Of a stretch of 64,000 nucleotides of DNA, positions 13,314-27,439 are shown piece by piece. The notes under the pieces are model-generated. The model did not search any database. It was not told the origin of the DNA and was given only the letters and a program-made list of their open reading frames with translations. The translations under genes were made by a program, and so were the position numbers. The stretch covers positions 19,470,001 to 19,534,000 of the forward strand of contig NC_058383.1 of the NCBI RefSeq assembly GCF_018350175.1. The letters are read 5' to 3'. The stretch comes from Felis catus. Taxonomy: Eukaryota. Position 1 is the stretch's first letter; the number at the start of each line of letters is the position of its first letter.

Positions 13314-13545
13314 GGGGGCGCCTGGGTGGCTCTGTTGAGTGTCGGATTTCGGCTCAGATCATGATCTCACAGTTCGTGAGTTCCAGCCCCACATTGGGCT
13401 CTGTGCTGACAGCTCAGAGCCTGGAGCCTGCTTCAGATTCTGTGTCTCCCTCTCTCTTCTGCCCGCCCTCCCCCACCCCCCGACCCCCGCTCACGCTCTG
13501 TCTCTCTCTGTCTCTTGAAAATAAATAAACATCAAAAAATTTAAT
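13314..13545 (+). mobile_element. SINEC
   Basis: Head plus poly-A; TSD ggggca(a/g)aagact. Confidence 0.92.
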
Positions 13546-14434
13546 ATATATCCGGGGCAGAAGACTCACACATTGCCAGTTTACTTTCAGGTAAATACAA
13601 AATGTAGCACGTCAGCTTTTCATTTAAATAAACAGTGAGCTAATTACAAAGATTATTATTTGCTAGAGAGCTTCATCAGATTCCTTCCTCCCTCTTCCGC
13701 CAGCTGAAGTCTGCCCATTTGCAGCTAGTGACAGCATTAGCTACCATGAGGAGCACTTTTTATATGCCAGACTTGGTGTTAAGTGCGTTCACGCGTAGTC
13801 TTGTTCAATTCACCATTGGGCTAGCAAACAAAACAAAGTAAGCCTTCTCATCAGCTTGACTTTATTGACAGGAAAACTGAAGCTCAGAGGGGTAAGAATA
13901 CCCATCAAGATATGAATCCACAGATACACGGCCCCCGAAATATATCAGTATTACATTATGATGTATTGCAGAGCCAGATAAAACCTGCCCAGAGTCAAAA
14001 CCAATGGGTCAGGAAAAATGTTGTGAAAAACCATGGTGATTTGGACACGCAGAATTAACCAAACTACAGTCCAGTTTGGGGATACTTGGTAGATACTTAA
14101 GCTTTTGTAAGTTTAGGAAGTAAACATCCTTTTGATAAGGCCTACCTAGTTGGCTAGAATCACAATTCATCACGGTATGCTTCACTTTACCCAACAGGTA
14201 TGTGCGTACAAAATTGTTGTGTAAATCTAAGTTTTAAAAATAGTAATGGAAAAAGGGATCCTTTGAATGCTAAATCTAATCTTAGAGCAAATGCTTTCTT
14301 AAAAGAGAACAAGCTTTTCTTGTTTGTGACCAGTCTGAAAATTAACAGGTTCCTCTATTAGGCCACGATAATGTTCTAGGAGTGCTGACATGGTAACAGA
14401 GCGACAACGTAGACTTCTTAAAAATGGCCTACAG

Positions 14435-15787
14435 CAATAGTTCTCAAACTATCTCCCCCAGACCCTAGGAGGAAGAGAGATCCACAAAGACAAAACTATT
14501 CTCACCATAATTCTAAAACTTTTTTTTATTTACATCAGTCAATATTTGCACTGATGATGTGAAAGCAGTGGTAGGTAAAACTGCTTGTGGCCTGAATCTC
14601 TACAAGGCAGCAGCACCAAACTGTGTTATTAGTCATTATATTCTTTACTACCACATACTCACGATAAAACAAAACAAAACAAAAATCATTTTCACCTAAG
14701 AATATCCTTATAAAATAGTAGAAATTAATATTATTAAATTTCATTCCTTGAGTACACTTTTGAATACTGTGTGTGACAAAATGGGAAGTACACATCGAAC
14801 ACTTCTGCTATGTGCCAAAGTACAACAGTTGATCCCAGAAAACACTCATGTGCTTGTTTGAGTTACCAGCTGAACTAGCCACGTATGATACTGAATGCCT
14901 TGCACTTAAATGAACAACAAACTATCATTATTCAAACTTTTCTCAAATATATATATATAAAAAAAAATGAGTCTGTCCCAAATACCCAACTGACAGTGTT
15001 TGTTGCCCAAATGAAAACTTGTTTCTTACTACCTTGAGTTTAACAGCTCATATGGTAGTTATATTAACAAATGTGATTTTTTTTGATATCATAATGACAT
15101 TCTATTTGATATTAATAATGGAATTTTTAAAATGTCAACATTTGGAAGATTTGTATAACTCGGTAAATCAACATTTCCTAAATGACAAACATTTAATGTA
15201 ACAAAATCATACATGGGTAAAATATCCAACCAAAGGGTATGATAAACCAATGGATTTTAATACAATAGAGTATAGAAGTTCACCAATATGGTTTCAGATG
15301 CCACACTGTACATAACCTTCAAGAATTACCACTTGCTAAGTCTTGGTGTAGGATCAAAAAAGAATGGTATTTGAAAAGGCAATTAAAATAGTCCCTGCTC
15401 CAACTATATATCTGTGTGAGGCCAGACTTTGCTCATATACATCAGCCAGAAAACACATGTTTGGTTGCCAAAGCCGAAATGAGAGTCTAGCTATTTTCTA
15501 TCAAGCCAGACATTGAAGAGATTTAAGAAAATGTAAAATAATGCCACTACTACTCTTCCTACTACTTTTGGGGGCGGGGGCGCAAAACTATGTTTCATTA
15601 AAATTATTATTTATATTCAGAAGTAATGGGTTCATTGTTATTTTTAAATAAGTTGATAAATGAATGTTTGAAGATTTTCTCAGCTTTAATTTCTGATATG
15701 GTAAATTTCACAGATCTACATAAACAACGCTCTTCTGAGGTAAGAGCATAAAGGAGTCCTGAGACCAAAAAAATGTGAGAACTGTTG
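14435..15787 (+). mobile_element. Charlie1a-like non-autonomous hAT DNA transposon, near full length
   Basis: TIR-like ends caatagttctcaaa / tgtgagaactgttg; internal aagccagacattgaagagattt...aatgccact and ggagtcctgagaccaaaaa match recalled Charlie1 3' sequence. Confidence 0.8.
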
Positions 15788-16384
15788 TTCTGTAGAAACA
15801 TTACATTGATCTTCCCACAAGGCAAACTGCAAATGACATTTTACAGTACCTCTGAAGTACAAAGGGCAAAGCGTCTTTTAAGCACACATCAGATTATTCA
15901 ATTAAAAAAAAAAAAATCCCACACTGCATTAAGTGGATATCACAAAGGAACAAATCCCTGTTAGTGGTGAAATGAGAAAACTGATCTGGATTCTAGCATA
16001 GACCCTAACAGTCTGTCTAAACATTAGTCCTCCTATCTTCAAAATGAGATCCGAGTAGCCTATTTTTAGATTGCTTCCCATGGTCGATTCTATGATTCTA
16101 ATCAGGGACCTCTAAACAGTGGCCCACAGGCTCCATCTGGCCTTCAGACTGATTGGCTGTCCCAGTATTTAGAGAAGTGCCCCAGGAAAATAATAGGTTG
16201 GAGCCGAGTGAGATGCTTTCCTTTCAAAAGGCGAATTGATTTTCAGTCGCAGCCCAATCCAGCCCGCCAGACTTGTCCCTACAGATATCTGCATTTGCAA
16301 CTTCTGGAATGAAGGGCCTCTGAAACCCGCTTCAAATCTCAAACTCCGTAATTTGGTTCCAGAGGCAGAGTGTCTGGCTTTCTT

Positions 16385-16550
16385 GCCCACCCTGCCACTT
16401 GTGGGCTGTTTGGTTAGGGGCAAGTTAACTTCTTTGAGCCCCAGTTGCTTCATTTGCAAAACAGGAGAACACTACTGACCTCAAAGGGCTGTTCTGAAGC
16501 TTAACGAGGTGTTGCTTGAGAGAGCTTACAGAGTTCCTGGCACTGGACGG
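16385..16550 (+). mobile_element. MIR
   Basis: gggcaagttaacttctttgagccccagttgcttcatttgcaaaacagg core. Confidence 0.7.
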
Positions 16551-17018
16551 TACTAATTATTCTCAGCAGAGCTCATAAAGAGAGTATGCCCTAGAATTCC
16601 CCCACCCACCTTACCAACTCCCTTTTCCCACTAGCTGACGACCGCACTCCCCAGGGTGACGCTTACTCCCGTACCAACTCCCAGATTGCACAGTTCCACA
16701 TCCGAGGAAGACACACAGGACCCCCTCGCCCTCGGACTTCTACTTCTCCTTTCCACTCTAAACCTCTTCTGAGCCCCCAGCCTGTACCGGGTTCCTACAC
16801 GACCACAGCTCTGCACCTTGGCCACACCACTGACCACTCCCCCCAGCCTCTTCTGGCCATCCCGGATCACTAAGGCTCCCTTTCCCTCAGACCGGAGGCC
16901 ACCATGGGTCAGGAAGTGGTGGTCCAGGGCTCTCCGGCCTAGGATTCTGTCCGGGGAAGCCTCAGGAGAGGTGAAAGAATAACTGCCCGACCGCCCGGAG
17001 GGGCCCACGGACACTCAC

Positions 17019-17025
17019 CGTCCAT
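17019..17025 (-). CDS. KATNIP: KATNIP (KIAA0556, katanin-interacting ciliary protein) first coding exon: ATG GAC G, then intron 1 running off the left end of the window
   Basis: Reverse strand reads gggATGGACG|gtgagt (strong Kozak, consensus donor). Matches the recalled MDG- N-terminus and the known head-to-head arrangement with GTF3C1. Exon 2 not recognised within the window. Confidence 0.85.
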
Positions 17026-17259
17026 CCCTAGAGGCGGCGGTTCCGGGTGCTCGAACCGGAAGCGGCCCCTACACTGTTTGCAGTTCCCCTGGTTACTGCG
17101 GGGTTCCGGACCAATGGCGGTGGAGATCCAGGGACTGAGCCCGCCCCCAAAGGGAGTGACGTCGCATCGGCGCTCTGGAACTCCTCCTCGGATCTCTAAG
17201 TCCATCCCGCCTCTCAGGGCTGCCGAAGGTTGTGCGCAGGCGCGCTGGAGGGCCTTTAG

Positions 17260-17694
<435 letters not shown>

Positions 17695-17984
17695 TAAGGC
17701 TGACTGGGGGCTCCTCGGGCCTGGTAGAGCCCGGGCGTTCGATGGAGTTGAGGGTTATCTCACGATGTCCCATTATGTCCGTGTGGGTGTTGGGTGGTGG
17801 TGAGCAGGACCGGCGGGATATTCTTCAAGTTTCAAAGAGTACTCTTCTTCCGTAGTGGTTAGGAGGTGAGTTCAAACCAAGGCTGGAGACCGATGAGTTC
17901 AACCACCCTTTCTGGGGCATTCATTCAGTGCTTGACTGGAGAGCCTAAGTCAATTAGACATCTGCATAACAGCAACCTTAATAA

Positions 17985-18620
17985 TAATAATAATGGCTAG
18001 CATTTATGGAGTGCTTATTTTTGGCCTAGTACTATACCCTAAGATCCTGTTCTGGGAGCTTCAGGGGACTGAACTCACTTGATCCTCAGCAGTAGGTACT
18101 GTTATCTTCCCCATTTTGCAGAGGAGGAAACTGAGCCTTCGATTAAGTAACCTGTTCAACGGTTACAAAGATTATAAGTGACCCACGTGTTGATTTGAAC
18201 CCAGGCCATCCGTCTGTAGAATCTGTGCTCTAAAGGCATATTGTGAGAAGTTCCCAGAGGTAATACTGTCCAAAACAGGACTTAAAGATTGGATTTAGGT
18301 GGGCACTTGGCAGAGTATTCTGGACAGGAAACAGCAAATGTGAAGCCTGCAGGAGGAGAAATATGTTAAGTTTGGTTGAAGTGTAGGATTGGAGGTGGGG
18401 AATGAGGAATAATGTTTGGCACTTAGATGTATGCTTGTTGTGAGCCGGGACTGTTCTAAGATCCTGACATAGAGTGAGTTATTTAATTTTTACAAAAGCC
18501 TTAGAAGAGAAAATTGAGGCACAGAGCGTTTAAGTGACTTGTTTAAGATCATCTGCTAGCAAGACCAGAACCCCCAATTTGAATCCACGAAGTCTGGGGT
18601 ACAAAACCCACTCTGCCCTT
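17985..18620 (-). mobile_element. Two MIR fragments
   Basis: cccattttgcagaggaggaaactgag and aaaattgaggcacagagcgtttaagtgacttg cores. Confidence 0.7.
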
Positions 18621-18639
18621 CGCTCAGTTGGACTGGAGA

Positions 18640-19200
18640 GGGAATTGGGTGGTCTTTTAATCCACTTAAATAGCTTATCCTTTATCGAAAGGGTAGTTAG
18701 AAGCCACTGAAAGGCGAGTCAGACTAGGGGCAAAGTGTGAAGTTGAGAGATTTTAGTAATCCAGCCACAACCAACCAATCATGGTTTTGTTTACCAGGGT
18801 GCAGGTGAAAATAAGAGAAGCAGGTGGGATGAAAACCTATGAAACCAGAATAAAGAGGATTGGGTGACTGGATGTGGGGTATAAGGAGAGGTGGGAATCA
18901 GGGATGATTCCTCTGGTTCCTGATATTTGGGTACCTGAGTGAATACTGAGGCCCTGCCCTGTTGGTAGGAAACACAGAAGGTCAGCACAGTGGTTGAGTC
19001 TTGGGGGAGGTGGGGAAGATGTTGAACATACTTTGAGACACATGGCGTTTGAAGTTCCTTTGGGTGACCCTAGTGGAGATTCTGTTTAGTAAACATGTGG
19101 CTTCATGCGGGGCGGGGGAGGGGGGAGCAGGCCAGAGAGAGGGATGGACCTGGACATGTGGAGTCATCCCGTATGGCTGGATGTTTAAGTTGTAGACCAG
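18640..19200 (-). mobile_element. L2 fragment
   Basis: gggtgactggatgtgggg...gaatcagggatgattcc...ggagtcatcc, typical reverse L2. Confidence 0.6.
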
Positions 19201-19982
19201 GATTCTCCCTGGAGGCCTAAGACATGGCCCTGAGGTGCACCTACGTGGAAGGGCTGGATGAAGGACTAGGAACCTTCCAAGAAGCCTGGGAAGGTGCGGC
19301 TGGCGAAATGGAGGGTAGCAGTTCAGAGCGGTGTCCTGGCAGATGTGATTGGGGGTTGGAGTGTTACGCAGTGGAGAGATCACACAGAAGGCAAAGGAGG
19401 AAAGGGCCAATAAGCGGAAGTGGGATTTAGCCTCAACTGGACTAGAGCAGGATGTGAGCGAGGTTTGTAAGGAAAGCTTAACAAAGTTGGCTGACTGGAT
19501 AAAGGAAGAAACCCAAGTCAGAGATGTCTCCATGACATTGATACGACACAACTGGGAGAGAGTGGAAAGGAGGGACTTTATTGGGGGCGGGGAGAGGCAG
19601 TTATAACTTTGCCTTTGATCTCCTTGAATTTGAGGTGTTTGGTAGACAAGCGAAGATACAGGGTCAGTGTTTGGAGGGAAAAGGCAGGACGTAGGATCCC
19701 AAGGTGAAAATTGTTAACGTACAGGCACCAGATTTGAAGGGAAACCAAAAGACCACGACTTGGGCCAGTAGGACGGTTCTGGTTCCAGCATTCAGCTTCT
19801 TAGGGTGGATTTGGGGGACCCTGGGAAGGTCTGTGTTCTTTGCGTTAAAAAGGCAGGAATGCTGCTCTAATCTGCATTTGCAAAGTGGGAAGACTTGAGT
19901 GAGCACATTCTCTCTCTCTCTCTGGTCTCAGCAGGAGGTTGTCAGAAGAATGTGGCCCAGTATGTACTGTTTCCGGAGCTGA

Positions 19983-20228
<246 letters not shown>

Positions 20229-20435
20229 TAACTGATTTGCACCATCAGAAACTCATGGGAATCCTCCTGCTTTGGAGTCGGGTGCACAGTCAGAGCGCTG
20301 AGTCTCGCCAGCCCTTTACGAAGCCTCTGCCTTCTTCACTCGGCTCATTTTGCTCAGGGACCTGCCTTTCTCTTTCCCTTGTGTCCACAGTCCTGGCACG
20401 GTTGGGCAGAGCAGGAGGCTATCATTTGGATCACT

Positions 20436-20627
20436 CTTTTTTTTTTTTTTTTAATGTGTTATTTATTTTTGAGAGAGAGCACAGGCGGCAGTCGGGGAGG
20501 GAAAGGGGAGGGGGAACAGAGGCTCTAAAGTGGGCTCTGCGCTTTAGAGTGGGGCTCGAACTCACAAGCCATGAGATCGGGACCTGAGCTGAAGTCAGCC
20601 ACTTAACCACCTGAGCCACCCAGATCA
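20436..20627 (-). mobile_element. SINEC
   Basis: Reverse SINE with poly-T. Confidence 0.88.
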
Positions 20628-21013
20628 CTCTCGTAGGGACTGGGCCCCCTGCTGCCCAGCGGTCCTTTCCTGAGTCTCCGGCCGGACCCCCGGTTTCCCA
20701 GAGTGGTCCATTCCACCTGTCATCTTCTAAGCCTAGCCCCACTCCCACCTCCCTCCCCGCTTCACAGAACAGGGAGAAGCTGCCCGTGTGAACTCTCCTG
20801 ACTTCCATCTTCAACTTGCAGCTGTTACACATCTCTTCCTCCCCCTACCCCCACCCCCCAGCTCAGAGGTGACCAGAAACCATGGCCCTGTCTAGGCCTC
20901 GCTCTGCTTCTCTTCCTCCTCCTCTGCCCATCCCCCTTCCCGCCCCCCAGCCCAGCTCCCTGTACCTCCTGCTCTTCCCTGCCTCTCTCAGGAAGCTCAT
21001 CTTTCTCCATCAT

Positions 21014-21197
21014 TTTCTTTCTTTCTTTTTTTTTTTTAATGTTTATTTATTTTTGAGAGGGAGGGGCAGAAAGAGAGGGAGACAGGATCTTACTGCTGAC
21101 AGCAGTAAGCCCTATGCGGAGCTCAAAGTCACAAACCTCGAGGTCATGACTTGAGCTGAAGTCGGATGCTTAACCAACTAAGCCACCCAGGTGCCCC
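21014..21197 (-). mobile_element. SINEC
   Basis: Reverse SINE; TSD-like ttctcc(a/g)tcattt. Confidence 0.88.
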
Positions 21198-22183
21198 TTC
21201 TCCGTCATTTCCAACTTTGCCTTTCTGCTGGTGCTGTCTCCTCAGCCCTAACGTGACTCACACAGCTTACAACAGGACCTTCTCTTGACCTCAGATCCCC
21301 TGTGACCATAGATCTCTCTTTCTCTCTGCCGCTTGTAGGACCAAGCTTCCCAGAAGAAACAGCCACTCTCACTCTTTGTCCCCTTCACCTCTGCCCTCTC
21401 GGTCCTGATGTCTGACTTTATTACTTCACCGAAATCTTATCCCCGAAGATTCCTAGTAATGAGCCTGTGGACACTGTAGGGCCCGTAACCTCCTTGCCCC
21501 CTCCACCCCATCAAGGACTTGTAAAGCTTTTGTCCCATGGCTTCCTGCTTTATTTTCCTGTTCTAGCCGATCCTTACCAGCTCCCTCATGGACTCCCCGA
21601 CTTCCTTCCACCCCTTAAATGTTGGGCTGCTCCCCAGGGCTCTGAGTGCTCCCCAGGCGTCTGTCAAGTGCCGTGTGTGGAGTTACAGTAACCTCTTCCT
21701 CAGTGCGCCCAGAAGTCAGAGCATCACTCCTTCACCCCAAACTTGCCTCCTCTTCCATTTCCTGCCCCTTTTGTGTCTTCCCTCTGCTCCAGAGGATTCC
21801 CACGCGCCTGCCGTATAAGACGCAAACTTGGGCCCCTTCTCTCTTTCTACATTCAGCCGGCCACCGAGTCCTGTGGACTTGACCTTCTGACGTTTTCTCA
21901 AACGCCCTTTGGGCTCAAAATAGTACAGTAGTCTCTTATCTCCCTTCTTACTGTCTCTCCTCTTCGGAACTTTCCACACTGCATGGAACATTTTTCTCTA
22001 AGATGGACTTGCGGTGGAAAGTGCCTTGGTCACTCAGGACAGATATCTCAAGACTGGCCGCATGTCCCCCACAGACATGCTTTGTTTAGCCAGCATGGTG
22101 GTTTGTTTGTTTTCAATTTTATTTCATTGCTAATATTTAAAATCTAGATTTCTACCTCCTCTTAAAAAAATTACAGGATCCAT

Positions 22184-22355
22184 GGGGCGCCTGGGTGGCT
22201 TGGTTGGTCAAGCCTCTGACGGCAGCTCGGGTCATGATCTCCTGGTTTGTAAGTTCGAGCCCCACCTCGGGCTCTGTGCTGTCAGGAGAGTCTGCTTTGG
22301 ATCTTCTGTCTCCCTCTCTCTCCCTGCCCCTCCCGACTTGTGCTCTCTCTCTCTG
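22184..22355 (+). mobile_element. SINEC (tail missing)
   Basis: GGGGCGCCTGGGTGGC head, B box GTTCGAGCC. Confidence 0.88.
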
Positions 22356-22578
22356 GGACTGTGATTTTCCCTTGGTATTTAGGCCAGAACCATGAGCCAT
22401 GTCCCACCTAGTGCTGCCCACCCTGCTGAGTGGCCCATCAGGCTCCATATGCCTACCCTCTGCCCACCCAGCTCTCCCCCCATAGCCCTCTCTGTGCTTT
22501 GGCCCGAACACGCTGGGCTAATCTGTTACTCAGGGCTGCGACACATGTTGTTCCTTTTGCTTAGAGTCTTCTGCCTTC

Positions 22579-22760
22579 AGGACTCCTGGGGGGCTCGGTT
22601 GGTTAAACGTCTGACTCTTGATTTCAGCTCAGGTCATGATCTCACGGTTCATGAGATCGAGCCCCTATTCGTCGGACTCTGAGCTGACAGTGCGGAGCTT
22701 GCTTGGGATTCTTTCTCTGCCGCTCCCCAACTCACGCACACGCACACTCCTCTCTCTGTC

Positions 22761-22804
<44 letters not shown>

Positions 22805-22820
22805 AAATAAAGTTAAAAAT
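22579..22820 (+). mobile_element. SINEC inserted in an L2 fragment (L2 3' end ~22930-23090)
   Basis: Head, (CT)n, AATAAA tail; downstream agactgtaaccttgagggcag L2 end. Confidence 0.85.
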
Positions 22821-24580
22821 ATTCTGCTTCAGATCTTCACATCTCCCACCCCCTTCTCTTCATTCAGCCTTGGACTTGGTTCCTCAAAAAGTATGTCCCT
22901 GTTGCCCAGACATCATCGCATTACTCACGTCAGTACCAAAAATGGTCTTCAGTGTTTATTTACGTCACTCTTTCCATACCAGACTGTAACCTTGAGGGCA
23001 GAAACTCTTGTTTGTTCATGGCTGTATCTCTAGGATCTAGACTCTGCCTGGCACCGCATCGGCTCCTGAGAGTGCATGTTGACTGATTGACTCTCCTGTT
23101 GGTCTGGAAGTTCTAACCCCTGACCTGTGTCATGGCATCCAAACTCCCTGGACGGCACTGCCAGGCCTTTTGGGATGTGGACTCGCACTGACCTCTCGGG
23201 CTCTCCTTCCTTCTGCTTTCCAGCCTGCGACCCCACACCAGGCTTCCCGGCCGGGCCATTTGCCCCCAGGACAGGCGCACTGCTTCGTGCCTCCAGAAAC
23301 TTGCAGGTTCTGCTTCCTTGCCTTTCACCGCTCCCCCCCTCCCCTGCCCCCAAGCTTAGTGCTCATTCAACATCCCCTCCTGTGAGAGCGGTCCCTAGTT
23401 ACTGTGCTCCGTTCACACACACAGCTTAGATGGAATTGGGCTCTGGACGTATGCCATTTCCTAGGTGCTCTCTGACAGCTGTTGGATCATAGCATAATCG
23501 CTCACTTTCTGGACTTCCTCCTCCAGTGGACTGTGAGCTCCTTGAAGGTGGATACCGCTTTTATCTATCTTGGCATCTCTGGTACTTTACATTGTGCTTA
23601 ATCAGTATTTGACATCCTGTCTGGTGACCACACTCAGCATTTTAAGCCTAGCAGGAGTCCCTTAGTCAGCTAATTGGAACTGTCGGGATCATGATAGGAC
23701 AGCGTAGTAAACAAATCTGAGCCTGTGTGAAAAGCAGCAAACCTGTTCCCCAGTTTTCCAGCTTTCTTTTCCCAGCTGACCTCTTCCAGTTTAACTTAAT
23801 GAACCTGTTTTGGACGAGAGAGCAAAGTCCTAAGTCTGTGATGTGCAGACACAGGAAGTGGACTGTCTCTTTCATGCGTGTTCGCAACCATTCTCTCTGA
23901 GGATGGATTCTGCCGACTTCCATGACTCTACAGGAGACTTATTTTAGGTCACAAACAGTGTAAGGTTAAAAGGAAGACAGCCTCTTCTTTCATCTTTGGC
24001 CCAGTTGGTGGTAGAAGTGAAACCAGCCAGTGTGGGGTGGGAGGAAGGAGAACCGTCAGTCTGAAGGATGTGATAGAAGAAATCCGTTTCTCTGCCGAGT
24101 CTCCATCACTTAAGTCTGAGACTCCACCCACTGGGCCTCATCTGCTAATTTAAGCTGACATCTTGGGCAGATTGGCCCACTCCATTCACATACTCTTGGG
24201 GTCCAAGCCCTGGAGCAGAGATCCCACGAGGGTGTGCTGGCAGAGAACCCCTCACTCACTCACTTCTTGGCACCAAGATACCCCCACTCGGAAGCGCTCC
24301 CTTTCCCAGATGAATGCATCACTGAGGGTCCCTGTATAAGAACTCATGGACTACCAACCCCTTAAATCTGGGCCAGCATCTAATTCTTCTTAGCTCTGTT
24401 GTTTAGACATCTAACCACAAGGCCTGTCTCCCATCACGTCACTCAGTCTGAAATGCCTTGCTAGGACGTATTCTTGGCCTCTTTATTATTTTCACACCTC
24501 AAGTCACTAGGAGGAGCTGACGATTCTTCCAGGGTCTGGTCTTCAACGGACTACAAATCCGCTGATTAGCCAGTTCGGTA

Positions 24581-25295
24581 CAGACCTACCTCGTCGTCCT
24601 GCACTTCACAGATACTGCGTTTTTTAGAAATTGAAGGTTCGTGGCAACCTTGCATCAAGCAAATCTGTTGGCACCATTTTTCCCAACAGCATTTGCTCGC
24701 TTCGTGTCTCTGTATCACATTTCGGTCATTTTCTCAATATATTTTCTTTCCTTTTCTTTATTTTTTTTTTTAATGTTTATCTTTGAAAGAGAGACAGAAT
24801 ACAAGCGAGAGAGGGGCAGAGAGAGAGGGAGACACAGAATCTGAAACAGGCTCCAAGCTCTGAGCTGTCAGGACAGAGCCCGGCGCAGGGCCTGAACTCA
24901 CAAATTGTAAAGACCGTGACCTGAGCTGAAGTTGGACGCTTAACCAACTGAGCCACACAGGTGCCCCAATTTTCTCAATATTTTGAACTTTTTCATTACT
25001 ATATTTGTTACAGTGATCTGGGACCGGTGATTACAATTTGGTGAAGGCTCAGATGATGGTTAGCATTTCTTAGCAATAGTATTTTTTAATTAAGGTACAC
25101 ACATTGGTTTTTTTGGACGTAATGTCATTGCACACTTAATACACTACACTACAGTATAGTATAAACATACTTTTCTATGCACCGGAAACCAGAAACTTTA
25201 TTTGACTACCTTTATTGTGATACTTGCTTTATCACAATATTTGCTTTCTTGCAATGGCCTAGAGTTGAACCCACAACATCTCTGAGGCGTACCTG
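24581..25295 (+). mobile_element. Internally deleted Tigger1-derived element, split by a SINEC (24745-24968, minus)
   Basis: TA|cagacctacctcg ... tgaggcgtacctg|TA TIRs with TA target duplication; Tigger1 5' and 3' sequence joined; SINE TSD attttctcaatat. Confidence 0.85.
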
Positions 25296-25507
25296 TATTT
25301 TTGACTCTGAAGCTTATCTGTCCAGTTCAGTAGGCTAGTTTGCTCACTTAACAAATACTCACAGAGCCCCTACTATGCACTACAATCATACTAGGCACTG
25401 AAGGTGTCCTAGTGAACAAGTCAGTACCATGTGCCTACCTTTATGGCACTTAAATTTGAAGGGAGGAGACGGACAAGAATGTCTGCAAAAAAAAAAAAAA
25501 GACCTTT

Positions 25508-25722
25508 AAAAAAAATTTTTTTTATGTTTATTTACTTTTGAGAGAGACAGAGCACGACTGGGGGAGGGGCAGAGAGTGAGGGCGACACAGAATCCGAAGC
25601 AGGATCCAGGCTCCCAGCTGTCAGCACAGAGCCTGATGCGGAGCTCAAACTCACCAACCATGAGATCATGACCTGAGCCAAAGTCAGACGCTCAACTGAC
25701 TGAGCCCCCTGAGGCATCCCCA
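25508..25722 (-). mobile_element. SINEC within a reverse L2 fragment (~25330-26000)
   Basis: Reverse SINE; flanking cacttaacaaatactc...ctaggcactg L2 end. Confidence 0.88.
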
Positions 25723-26136
25723 AAATACGACCATTTTTAAGAGTGCCGGGTGCTGTGAAGAATATGGCAATGGCCAGGTAGGGGATAGCTGGGGCTAGAC
25801 TTTCAGGAAGGCCCGAGGAGGTCATGTCTAAGCAGTAGCCCCAATGATCAGAAGGAATCCGTCACCTACAGATTCGGGGAGGAGCCCGGGCAGAGGAAGC
25901 AGCTCATTTGAGGACCATCAGGGCCATGGAGGGTGCATCGGATGTACCAGGCCCTGCTGGGGAGTCTGGGCTTTGGTCTGAGTGTCCTGACGAGACCTCG
26001 GAGGGCACCACATAAGGAGAACACAAGGTTGGCTCTGTTCACCCCAAATGCTGCAGTTTGGACACTGAAACTGCCTTAATGGGGGGATTGTAAAGCTGTA
26101 AGAAGCAGCACAAAATGATGATTCTCTAAGGTTCAG

Positions 26137-26573
<437 letters not shown>

Positions 26574-26729
26574 TGAGGGGATGATTCGCTTGACAGGGCT
26601 CCCTGATGATTGTGCCCTGCCCCCCAGCCTGTTGACCTACCTCCTTCCCCTTTCCTCTCAGCCCTGCCACTGGGGCAGTCTGCAACCTATGCTGACTGGG
26701 AGTGCAGGGCTTTGTGTATGAAGAGACCC

Positions 26730-26856
26730 TGGAGTGACCCTATAATTAGTATCTAAACCAGACATTTTGAGAGTGGAGAGTGGGGCCCCAGGGCAAGGCC
26801 AAGGCAGTGGTCATAAATTGGGACCTCCGGGCAAATCAGGATGTATAGTCCCCCTA
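26730..26856. mobile_element. MER81-like hAT-Blackjack MITE
   Basis: gagtgaccctataatt...acattttgagagtg...cgggcaaatcaggatgtatagtcccccta. Confidence 0.7.
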
Positions 26857-27200
26857 GTTATTGGCCACTACAGGATTGGGCACCTGTATTTGATGGTGTC
26901 ATCACTAACCCTCATCGTCGCCCACCCCACCATCTGTCCCGTGCCCATTTCCCTGGGCCTCCACCCCCATCCCCCGTCCGCCTCTGCCGGGGACCTCGGC
27001 TGTGCTGTTAGGCTGAGGCATGGCTGTTGTTTTCAAGGCCGCTGTCCCACAGTGACTGTCGTCGTAGAGTGGCTGGGTAGGACTAGCCAGTGCTACAGTG
27101 TGTGTCTAGCACTGACGTTCAGGTGAGAGGCCCTCTGCGCTGTTGGGGAAAGCAGCCAGCAAAGCAAAAATGACAGAGCCACTCTCCTCCTCTCCTCCAG

Positions 27201-27344
27201 GGTTGATGCCGGGAAGCTCCACTATCACCGGAAAATTCTGAACAAAAACGGGCTCATTACGATGCAGTCACATGTGATCCGATTACCTACCGGAGCCCAG
27301 CAGCACTCGATCCTTCTCCTCCTGAATCGGTTTCACGTGGACAG
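27201..27344 (+). CDS. GTF3C1: GTF3C1 exon 4 (144 nt)
   Basis: ctccag|[56 protein letters not shown]|gtatag. Confidence 0.96.
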
Positions 27345-27439
27345 GTATAGCGTGTGCACGCCAAAGCACTCTGTTCTGCCCTGCGCGTTAGGCCTTTACA
27401 AACCATGGAGGCTAAATCACAGCACGACCGTAGCTTTTT

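Noticed and set aside
14435..15787. Possible domesticated hAT transposase
   Set aside because: Non-autonomous length and only short stop-interrupted ORFs
1..17018. KATNIP exon 2
   Set aside because: No segment matching the recalled GQTLRKAERSWSCSREKKE peptide found by eye; probably left of the window. tblastn would settle it
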